A stretch of DNA of 64,000 bases from Eledone cirrhosa (taxonomy: Eukaryota). The translations under genes and the position numbers were made by a program. Where the stretch lies: contig OZ024741.1 of assembly GCA_964016885.1 (NCBI GenBank), positions 132,928,001-132,992,000 on the forward strand, read 5' to 3'. The notes below the pieces were generated by a model. That model worked only from the letters and a program-made list of their open reading frames with translations. It had not been told where the DNA came from and did not search any database. The first letter of the stretch is position 1, and the number at the start of each line of letters is the position of its first letter. Of this stretch, positions 53,833 through 64,000 are shown piece by piece.

Positions 53833-54144
53833 TTGTAGTACTGGTCTTAATAATAATTATACTAAAACTTGCCCTATCGACTTAAGTTGCTCGACACCTT
53901 GGATATTTCTACCAAGTTATTACCACTATAGAGAGAGAGAGAGAGGGGGGGGGGGGGGGGGCAGGAAGACCAAAAAAGACTTGGATGGAGGATGTCTGTC
54001 GGGATCAAACTAGTTTTGATCTGGCCCACATGGAGTGGGATGCTAAGGACCACTGTCAGGCAGGATCCACCCCTTCTTAGGGATTGTATCCTGCATAAAC
54101 AAAAACTGGATGATGATGATGATGAGATATATATATATATATAT

Positions 54145-54420
54145 AATGAACCATTTCATTTAATTATTCAAGCAGTTAGGTTTGCAGAATCTCTGCTGTT
54201 CTATACAGTGCATTAACAATTCACTAAGGTTTTTGTCTTTTGTCAAAATGACATACATATACTTACTTACACAACAATGTACAAATTTTGTGAAAAACAA
54301 CATTGGTGTAACAATATATTGACAAAAGATGAAAACCTTAGTGAACTTTTAATGCACTATATAGAACAGCACAGAATCTACAAAACTGACTGCTTGAATA
54401 ATTAAATAAAATGGCTCATT
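54145..54420. repeat. Long palindrome with ~100-bp arms (MITE-like)
   Basis: AATGAACCATTTCATTTAATTATTCAAGCAG...TTTTGTCAA and its reverse complement ending ...AAATGGCTCATT. Confidence 0.78.
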
Positions 54421-55199
54421 AAAAAAATATATATATATAGTGATAATAACTTGGTAGAAATATATAAGCAATGTTGTTTCTATGTTAACACAGTAAAATG
54501 CCATCAATGACAAGATTGTGTACAAATTACTTCAAAGAACTATAAGAAACTTAATCGAAATTCAACCAGTAACAACAACAATAGTATGAACCCCAATCCA
54601 GTTTCTTATTATAGCCTTCTGACAAAGAGCTTTTAGACTCGAAATATTAGGACAGGTAAATAAAATAACAGGTGACACACTAACATCTTTGTTGCCTTTA
54701 ATTAATTCTGAAATCGAAATCTACCGTCCATTTTTGCATTGTTGTAATCTTCAGATAACATACTACTTTATAAACTAACACAATGTTCGAAGCAAACAAC
54801 ACTTTCACATATATATATATATATATATATAAATGAAAATAGAGAAATTAATGTAAGCAAAATGCCAACAATAATTCAGACATATAAGTGACTATACCAT
54901 CAAGATGAAAAAATGTTTAATGTAAGATGAGGGAAAAGTAATACAATCTTAATTTAAAACAAATCAAGAAGAAAAACTTTATCCTCAGACTTTGTGTAAG
55001 TTGGGGAAAAAGCAGTACAATCTTAATTCAAAATATAATCAAGAAATACTTAACCGTCAAACACCTTCCCACTTACGATAAAAACTTGAAGATAAAGTAA
55101 AAACGATCGAAAACAATGATAGTCTACTTGATCGAAGTCCACCTAATGATAAAGAAAGCTAGACATAAGGTCACTGTTTAGAAGAAGTAAATATTAAAG

Positions 55200-56109
55200 G
55201 ACAGTAGCCAGAGTTAGAACGGGATGGAAAAAGTTCAGAGAGCTTATACCACTATTGGCCGCTAAAGGGTTCTCTCTAAAAATGAAAGGCAGACTGTATG
55301 ATGCCTGCATATGAACAGCTATGTTACATGGCAGTGAGACATGGGCATTGTGTGCAGAGGATCTGCGCAGACTGGAGAGGAACGAAGCATGCATGCTCCG
55401 CTGGATGTGTAATAGAAACATACGTGAACAGCAAAGCATAAATGAACTAAGTGAGAAATTAGGTATAAGAGGGATCAGATGCTGTTTACTTGAGAGAAGA
55501 CTACGTTGGTATGGCTACATGATGCACATGAAGGACGACAGCTGTATAAAAAAGTGCAGGGCAATCAAAATTGACGGAAGTTACGAAGTAGGCAGACCCA
55601 GAAAAACCTGGGACGATTTGATAAATTCCGACCTTACACACTTACATCTCTCTAAGACAATGTCACTGGACCAAGATCTTTGGCTCTACGCAGTAATACA
55701 GAAAACCCACCTTGCCTAAGTACAAAGCGAAGCCTACAGTCAGTAGGCACCTCTTAATCAAATATACACCCCCTCCCACTACCCCCAACTCCCCCACCCC
55801 CATCAACACCACCCCTTTCTCTGTAAAGTTATGTTGGTACCACAACATCCAGTCCTAAATAAATGAGGTCGTGTAGGTGTCACAACAAAAAAACACACAG
55901 TCCACGCTGTAATGTGGCCATGTAGGTAACACAGTAAAAACCTCCCAGTCCACACTGTAAACGTGGTTGGTGTTAGGAAGGGCATCCAGCCATAGAAAAC
56001 CTGCCAGACAGTCCCATACGAGCGAGACGACCAATCTTGCCTCAAGTGGGACAATTCCCGTCTGAACCCATGCTAGCGTGGAAGATAGACGTTAAACGAT
56101 GATGATGAT
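55200..56109 (+). mobile_element. RTE LINE 3' fragment (same subfamily as 9408-12202)
   Basis: ORF 55321-55719 MLHGSETWAL..GRPRKTWDD; 3' UTR closely matches 9430-9800; (GAT)n tail. Confidence 0.92.
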
Positions 56110-56110
56110 A

Positions 56111-56735
56111 CGAGCAGAAAAACCACCCGAAGGGTGGTTTTCTGCTAGCATGTGAAGTGTGTATTGATATTATACGCAAGTATATATACATGTAGATATG
56201 ATACATCAAATAAAATCGTAATTGACAATATACACAGAAATTGAACGGAGACTGTGTTACACTCTCTTATGTAATCAGTAACGTAATCCATGATACATTA
56301 AAAAAAGACGATATTATATATAAACTGCATTAGGAGAAAATTAGTGACAGAAATATATGAATATTTATTCAAGCGATCGCTAACCGGAAGTGTTGACATT
56401 TGAAAATTTTAAAGAAGTGAATTTTTAAATAAGTAATAAAATATGGCAGTGAATGAACAGCCACGAAATTTAGTAGATAAATTATGTAATATTCATTTAT
56501 TATTTATTCAAAGTAATGAATGAATATTACATAATTTATCCCGCCGAGGTTAACTTTGCCTTTCATCCTTCCGGGGTCGATAGAATAAAGTACCAGTAAT
56601 GCATTGAGTAATTGCTGGCCTTGTGCCAAAAGTAGAAACAATTATTTATTCAAAGTAATCCAACTTATTTACTAATGGGATAAAAAGTTATAAACCGTAC
56701 ACAGTCCCGCGCTCCTTACTTTATTATAGTTTAGA
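56111..56735 (-). mobile_element. Non-autonomous Helitron-like element
   Basis: Minus 5' A|TCTAAACTATAATAAAG; 3' hairpin GCAGAAAACCACCC-TTC-GGGTGGTTTTTCTGC ending CTCG|T; inserted between A and T. Confidence 0.65.
56541..56640 (+). mobile_element. 5'-truncated SINE with 19-bp TSD
   Basis: CCTTTCATCCTTCCGGGGTCGA core; ATTATTTATTCAAAGTAAT at 56499-56517 and 56641-56659. Confidence 0.85.
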
Positions 56736-56780
56736 TAATGATAGGAGAATCCAATAGAATGTAATGGCGCTTATATTAAT

Positions 56781-56901
56781 TGTTTCTAATTTTGGCACAA
56801 GGCCAGCAATTTATCCCAGTGCATTACTGGTACTTTATTTTATCGACCCCATAGGGATGAAAGGCAAAGTTAACCTCAGTGGGATTTGAACTCAGACCGT
56901 A
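56781..56901 (-). mobile_element. 5'-truncated SINE with 18-bp TSD
   Basis: AATGG(C/T)GCTTATATTAAT at 56763-56780 and 56902-56919. Confidence 0.85.
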
Positions 56902-57444
56902 AATGGTGCTTATATTAATAACATTATTGGATTGTTTTTGCAATTGCTGTTAAGTCTTTCCTTGCTATATTTAATAAAAGACATGGCCTATGGTTTCAAA
57001 ACTTACTCCAGCAGATTCTCTCAGAGATAACTGTCTTCAATTGTTCCATGGATGTTAACCAATAATCTTGTTTGGTCTACTGTTTGGAGCATAACTTATT
57101 AATGGTTCTAACATAAAATTATGACGAGAGAGTTTTAGATAAATATAAATTCTTTAAAATAAACAGCATTGTCTCATAGAAACAGGGGCAGTTTCAGGCA
57201 ATTTGGTATCAAATGGGTTAAATATTATATGCTGCATCTAAACCCTTAAATTTATTTTTTTAAATTTAACATCTGGTTTAACCCACTTAAATTTCTGTGG
57301 CACTGTAAAAATATTAAATAATGTGGCAGCGACATTTAAGTATAAGATATAACTAGAAGCTGCCAATGGAGAGAATATTGAGCGGGATCTTGAGTGATGT
57401 GAAGAGAATGTCATGAAAACGTTTTGTTATGTTACCTACGAATA

Positions 57445-57665
57445 GTGGTGCAGAATTGGCAAACTTGGTAGAGCATCAGATAAAATACCAGTTAGTATTT
57501 CTTCTGGCTCTTTATATTCTTAGTTCAAATCCTGCTGAAGTCAAATTTGCCTTTCATCCTTCCAAGATCAATAAAATAAAGTACCAGTCAAATACAGAGG
57601 TTAATTTAATAAACTTTGGCCTTTCCCCAAATTTTCTACCCTCATGCCTAAATTAGAAATCAATA
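57445..57665 (+). mobile_element. Older full-length SINE (Meta/MESC-like core)
   Basis: tRNA-like head TGGCAAACTTGGTAGAGC..AGTTCAAATCC plus TTTGCCTTTCATCCTTCC core. Confidence 0.65.
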
Positions 57666-57782
57666 TTTAGAGTAGTGGAGAAGCAGAAGCAGCAGAGCAA
57701 CAACCCACCCAACCCTTGGTAACAAGGAAAACAACTCATCTAACCCTTGATAGAGACAACAAGTGTGTGTGCAAGAGTAGTT

Positions 57783-57828
<46 letters not shown>

Positions 57829-58179
57829 AAGGGTAGTTGTGTGTGAGAGAGAGAGAGAGAGAGAGAACAGAAGGAACCTTAAGGGTGTACTGCTTCAGAT
57901 GTTCATTTTTACATGTAGCTTTGTTCAATGGAAACAAACAAAAACAAAAATTTAGTTACATGGAAAGCTGGCAATCAATGTGTCACCTGCATTAGCTCTA
58001 ACTTAAGCCATAAAACAAGCAAATCAACACTGCAGAGAAGATGTTACAACCACAGATAATTAAAAAGGGAAGAAATTCCTGTTATACAGAGACTGATAAA
58101 GCATCAAATTATGTTTGACAAAAACATAGTGAGAACTAAGAAATGGATACATTTCTGACACTATATTATTACAATTAAA

Positions 58180-58360
58180 GGTAGCTCTATGGCATAGTGG
58201 TTAAGGTATTCAGTTCACAATTGTATAGTAATGAGTTTGATTTCTGGTGGCACATATGTCCTTGAACAAGACACTTTATTTCACATTGCTCCAGTCCATT
58301 CAGCCAGCAAACATGGGTTGTGTCTGTCTGTGAATTAAAGGGCCAGCCTTGTCACACTGA
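58180..58360 (+). mobile_element. tRNA-derived SINE
   Basis: TGGCATAGTGGTTAAG A-box; GTCCTTGAACAAGACACTTTATTTCAC core. Confidence 0.65.
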
Positions 58361-59471
58361 CCAAACTCTGAAATTCATTGTCAATGTTGGATTGATTCCT
58401 TCCAATAACTCTTATTCAAAAGGCACTTCAAATTGGTTTGGCAACGCACTTTCACCCATGAGGTGAACTTATCTATAATAAAACAGTACCTAAGCCCTTC
58501 CTGAAAAGGTGGTAATGGCGAGGTAAACAGTTGAAAATATTGGTATTATCAAGTTGGATATTGAGCTAATATCTGGTCCTCACATATATGGTGTCTGCCA
58601 ACAAGGGTGGTCTCTGTCATATTTGGTGTCTACCATGCATGGGTGGTCTGTCATATTATGGTGTAGGCCATACACGGGTGGCGTATGTATGTGAAGATGT
58701 AGATGCACTGGTTGGAGCTGGCACAACTCAACCTGGATAAACTCAATACAGGTACAAGTAAGTACCTATGAGAAGGATAGTCAGCAGCCCATCTGAGGAA
58801 GGAGCCCCGAGAAGTGGGGTAGCTGATACAGTGTGTGTGCCTGGCCATTCTCTGTGGCAATGCCTTTACCATTTTGTCCACAGGACGCAGCTGAAACATA
58901 CCACTCAGACAGGAGTGTTCAGTCTGTTGCTATCTCCTCTCTTTCCCTTTCCTTCATTGCTTATTCTCTCTTTTTCATTTGCTTATTACTATTTATATTC
59001 TACAGTTTTTACCACATTTTCTATTTAATTTAATAAACTTTATTAAGAAGAAAAAATTATATAAATTGTGTTTATATGTACAAGATGTTTTAATAAAATA
59101 AAATAAAGAAAGATGAATGAATTCAAATTTCAGAGTTATGAACAAAATATATTAGCAAAGAGAATTACACACACACACACATACACACACACACACACAC
59201 ATACCCATTAGTCACCATCACATAGTGGTTTGTATAAACAATGCCATCTGCAAAGGCTTCTGACAGAGAGAGTATTTATGCTTTTCATCATGACCAATTT
59301 TTAATTGGAGTTAATTTCAAGTCGCCTCTAAAAATTATTCAGTAAGAAAAAAATAAAATGTGGAGGAAGGCACTACTATTCGAGTCGTCGTCAATTCTTC
59401 TGGCATGAGAAAAAATACACACAAAAATAAAATAAAATATTATAATAATAGTAATAATAATGATTTCTGAT

Positions 59472-59885
59472 TTAGATGTAATGTGTTCTTTTGACACCAG
59501 AATTAAATGAAAAGAGGAGAAAGTATGGGCTTATGCCAACTTAAAATATGAGATCTTGAAATGCTGGGGTAATGAAGTGAAGACAGTCACCATTGCCCCA
59601 ATGGTCATTGGTGCTCTTGGCATGGTGACAAAGAACCTTGAAAACTACCTGTCGAAAATAGACTTTGCACCAGGGATTGAACCACTCCAGAAGACATGCC
59701 TTCTGGAAACAGCCTGAATATTGAGTTCTGGATTACTAGCAGTATTGAAATGACACAGAATGATACGAAAAAGTTAGGGTTGCCCTAGTTTACAAGTTGT
59801 AGCCTGGTACTCCATAAAATAACTGGCCCAAAGCAACATCTAAGTTGATTGTAATAAATAGTCAAATAATAATAATAATAATAAT
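59472..59885 (+). mobile_element. R4/Dong-like non-LTR retrotransposon 3' end (RLE domain C-terminus)
   Basis: Manual translation LDVMCSFDTRIK*KEEKVWAYANLKYEILKCW..PMVIGALGMVTKNLENYL..LQKTCLLETA*IL; (TAA)n tail and upstream TAA run. Confidence 0.8.
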
Positions 59886-60239
59886 GAATGTAAAGGGTGA
59901 ACTTAAGCTGTTGTAATTTACAGCATAAGAACACTTTAAATATAATCACTTAAGGTCAGAAAGTACCTGCTACTTGAGAAAATTTAGAAACTACTATAAA
60001 TTATGTTCAACTAAGTTTGACTGGTATTACTCACTGGTATTACTCAACTCTTACAACAGCTACTACTAGTAGTACTACTAACATTACCACTACAGCATCA
60101 ACTGCAAATAATGACAGAAAAAGGAAAAGAGTGCATCCTTCAATCAGACCAAAAAATCTATGCATGCATTGCTGGTATTATCTGCCTATTGCAACTCTAA
60201 CAAAAGAAGGTTGGATTTGAATTCAGAAAAGATACTGCA

Positions 60240-60960
60240 AAGTACTAGAACATCTGCAAACTTCTTTACTGCTTCTTCCTTTGCAACGTAAATCTGGCTA
60301 TTAGGTATTGCTCTCTATTTCCCCTTTTCCTCTAGTCTTTCCAGGCTTATCTTTTTGTTTTTATGCCTCTATCTACCCTATCATTCTACAACCACTTCAC
60401 CCTCCATATTGCTGGAGCTTTGATCCCACTGCAGACCTAGTCCAGGACTTCCAGTAGGTTGTCTCATAAAATTTACCAATTTTTCTGTTATTGGTCCCCA
60501 ACTCCTCTTCCTTACTGTTGTAAGCTTCAAGGATTTCTCTGAATATGTTGCTAGCTTCTAAATCCCGCCTTCTCCAGATAGGCTTTTGGCCCATGGTCTG
60601 TCTTGCCCTTACTCTAAAGTCATTGATAACTAATCTATGTTGGGAGGTGCACTCTTCTCCAAGAAGGACTTGAGATTTATGACCATTTCCTATCTCGCTT
60701 CCTGGTGAGGACTAGTCATTGTCTTGCATGCCCCCCTCATTGGTAGGTAATCATAGGAGGCTGGATGGTTAAGTTAAGAGCATCTCAGTACTTCAGAAAC
60801 CTTGACCCCTTCTTATTTCTTTACCATATCTGTATCCCCTATGTACACAGTGTTTCCCATTTCTGCAGAAGGTTCTCTGTTCATCTGCAAGCCCAGCTTG
60901 TGGAATGTATGTACAGATTATGGTAGTTGTAACAAATACTGAGCCATTTAATATGATGTT
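60240..60960 (-). mobile_element. Highly decayed RTE LINE internal fragment
   Basis: Residual ECTSQHRL, KPIWRR and AYNSKEEE segments homologous to 39100-39900. Confidence 0.7.
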
Positions 60961-61017
60961 CTAACAATTTCATCAATAAAGAAGACCATGTATAATTTAG
61001 TTTAGAATAGGCTTTAA

Positions 61018-61450
61018 CTCATTTGATACCAACCTGCCCTTGTATCACGGAATCAGGGGCAGATTCAAGCAGCTTGGTATCACAGAACCAGGGGCCTTTT
61101 CAGGCAGTTTAGTATCACAGAACCAGGGGCCTTTTCAGGCACTTTAGTATCACAGAACCAGGGGCAGTTCCAGGCACTTTGGTATCACAGAATCAAGGAC
61201 AGTTTCAGGCAGTTTGGTGTCATAGAATCAAGAGCAGATTCAGGCACTTTGGTATCATAGAATCAAGGGCAGATTCAGGCACTTTGGTATCACAGAATCA
61301 AGGGCAGATTCAAGCACTTTGGTATCACAGAATCAGGGGCAGATTCAGGCACTTTGGTATCACAGAACCAAGAGTAGCTTCAGGCAGTTTGATACCAAAC
61401 CAACTTTATATCGTAGAACCAGGAGTAGTTTCAGGCTAACCATTAAGGGG
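61018..61450. repeat. TTAA-flanked MITE filled by a 35-bp tandem array (about 10 copies)
   Basis: Unit GGTATCACAGAATCAGGGGCAGATTCAGGCACTTT; TTAA at 61014-61017 and 61451-61454. Confidence 0.82.
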
Positions 61451-62257
61451 TTAACTATTTTAGGTGAATAAAATGACTGATTCTTGGCTATTATTTCTCA
61501 TTACAACATATCCAGCACTGATCAATAAATTATTTATTCAATTTCTACTCAAGATTGTGCTAAAGTACTTGAAGATAATGGTAAACAAGAAATGGTAAAA
61601 TCTATTCTGTTCTTACCAAACTTAAGAGGGAGGATAAACAATCTATAAGTATCATATATCAATGAAAACCTAAATACTAGAAATGTAAAACTTCAAAGCT
61701 ACATAAGTTTTCTCTTAAGCAGAAAGTAATTCTATACCATTCACAAAATGTTTTTATACTAATTGCTTTTGTTTTTCATCACTAAACCAACAAACTTTGC
61801 TTGTCACTTTAACAAAAAGTTTTATTCCTTGCCATATTTCTAATGAGTCATTGCTTACAATTGTCTGATCATTTTGAAATTAATTAAGTATTTGGTGTAA
61901 TTTAGTAAAATAATTATTAGTTGGTCTTTGGAATAACCATTTCAAAACATTTTTGCACTGCAGAATCAAGAGCAGTTTGGTATCAGAAAGTTAATTTAAA
62001 CCTTAAGAATCAAGTTACAATAGGGGTGTTGTTTTTTTTTGGGGGTGGGGTGGGGGGGGGGGTGGGGGGGGGGGTTATAAAAAGAAAATAACTGCCCCAA
62101 AATATTTCTATATTGTCATTCAGATTATAATTAAAGAGTTTTCTACAATAGATCCAGTTTCAAATCTAATTGTACTTGAAGGACTATTCCTCCCTGCAGT
62201 TCCCTTCAAATTCAGTTCATAGAACACTTACATTTTTCATGGTCAAGTGTTCTTTAA

Positions 62258-62472
62258 TTCTTAACATCCTATAATGATTTAGCAGAAAATATCTAAAATT
62301 GGGCTTATTAATTCAAATGTTTTAATATATTTCCTAATGGAGAGATTGTCGAAAAATCTGCAGTTTCAGAGTAAAAACTTTAATATTTGATATGATGCAG
62401 TCATAGTGCTGTTTTGTATTTTTCGAGAATGTCTTGTTAATGTGGTTTCCATGTGGTAGGGGACGTTAAGGG
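62258..62472. mobile_element. TTAA-flanked MITE (same family as 16778-17201)
   Basis: TTAA|TTCTTAACATCCT ... GGGGACGTTAAGGG|TTAA; uninterrupted version of the nested copy. Confidence 0.72.
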
Positions 62473-64000
62473 TTAAAATAAGAACTATATTCACTTTCAC
62501 ACTAATAATTCAACGATACTAGTTACCTTATTCTACACAAATGTCTACATTTTGACACACATACATTAAAATGAGATTTCAAAGACCATGTATATTAAAA
62601 TGAAAAACTAAGTGATTTCACTAGTTCTTTCTTGATACTTTTTTCAAAACCAAATTAATAATTCCTTTTTGTATGTCACCTTGTACAATATAAACTCTAA
62701 ATTGCTGATAAATGAACAATAGTATTGATATATTAGCAGAACACTAGCCAGTCATGATATATCTGTTGTGTCACTTTACCTGATTTTACATTATTCCCCT
62801 ATGCCGCAAACACCCTACCTCCACCCAACCCATACAAGATAATAGAACATGGATGAAAATCACTCTTGCAGGGTCAATATGAACCACTTAAATAGATGTT
62901 ATGAAAACATTGTTGATACCAGCTAATGCAGAACTGTTTTCTAACTTTAAATGACAATCTATTCTTAGTTTATGTTTAAACAGCTGTATTGTTACAATAA
63001 TTCATTCAGTTGGTGCTAGATAATAAAGCATTTTAAGAAAACAATAGAAGTAATTGCCATTGCTCAAGGCAGAAATCATTTGGAATTTATTAAGCTAATG
63101 CAGGGCTGGTTTGAGTTGTTGACATATAATAAATACAGCTAAAATCTGTTGAACAAACACACCCAGTAGCAAGATTTAGTTGATGGAAATTTTAGAACCA
63201 CACAAATCTTTGAGGCAGGTGCCATGACCCAGTATTTGATATTCTCTGAGTTTAAGAAGCATTTGTAATATAATGGCTACTTTGAACATTGTGTAAGTGT
63301 TTTAAGTCTTTTAACCATCATTTACCATGTAAGCACATGTAGTATTTGATGCAATATGTAAACACTGCACAAAATTATAGATTTAGAACGGCACAAACAG
63401 CAGTCAACTGCTTGTTAGAAGAAGGATTAATTTAGCCAGATTGTGTGTGTGTGTGGGGGGGGGGGGGGGGGCATTATTTGAGACCTGAGAGTATATGTTT
63501 AACTAAAGGACAATCATCTAGCCAACCATATGAAGATATACTATTCAAATTTAACAAAGGATTGAGACATAATTAGTGTAATTAATAGACATACATCATT
63601 GTTGAAGAAAGCTTCTTTCTCTAAATGTGTCATAATCTCCCACACATCCCCACCAATAGGGTCATCTTCCAAAAAGGACCTCTTAACTCAGTTGGTCTCC
63701 ACTACACCAAGAGGAAGATCAATTCTTTCATTTATCAGATGGTTGTAAATGACTAATACAAATCATATTGTCACAGCAAATGATATTGATTTGTCCACTG
63801 AGATGGCCTCGTCATCACAATAGATATTAACTCCCCCCACAATCCCAACCCACACATATGCAAATATATCTGAAGTAGATGTTAATATGAAAACAAAAAA
63901 AAAAATCTTGTCATGTGAAATATCAAGTGTGGGTGGAAGTGTTGATATAAATTAGATTGACAATTCTGATGATTTAATGGTAATTTATTAAGATGATTAG

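Noticed and set aside
36727-55200. Idea that the plus-strand RTE pieces at 34785 and 55200 are one element split by nested insertions
   Set aside because: Several hundred bp of RT are missing, and several kb of older unrelated repeats lie between them
56380-56450. ETS (CCGGAAGT) and YY1-like motifs suggesting a promoter
   Set aside because: They lie within a non-autonomous Helitron-like element, with no downstream exon evidence
61040-61400. 35-bp regular array resembling a CRISPR array
   Set aside because: Units are contiguous with no unique spacers, derive from a MITE end, and there are no cas genes; the context is eukaryotic
62041-62074. G-quadruplex-capable G tract (similar poly-G runs at ~2980, 12845, 13100, 28010, 34420, 53945, 63455)
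   Set aside because: Homopolymer runs abutting microsatellites are common in such genomes and error-prone in assembly; no evidence of function

Overview
AT-rich, repeat-saturated eukaryotic DNA. The RTE LINEs with (GAT)n tails, the tRNA-derived SINEs and the long (CA)/(TA) microsatellites suggest a coleoid cephalopod (octopus-like); this is inference. No host protein-coding exon is recognisable, so the window reads as a giant intron or intergenic tract. Recognisable content: a decayed pogo-superfamily (POGK/Passer-like) element with both TIRs and a TA TSD (4.2-6.9 kb); a Chapaev-like transposase relic; several RTE-clade LINE copies from two families; mariner and DD37D/maT relics; two tandem RepHel Helitrons plus a non-autonomous one; a fold-back element with a 9-bp TSD; an R4/Dong-like LINE 3' end in a TAA run; many SINEs, TTAA-flanked MITEs and minisatellites. 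The best host-function candidate is a minus-strand polypyrimidine-CAG|GTAAGT recursive-splice-site motif with a 64-nt RS-exon at 22.7-22.8 kb. I found no new multi-gene system that I can support. Boundaries of old repeats are approximate, and family names come from motif recognition, not database searches.
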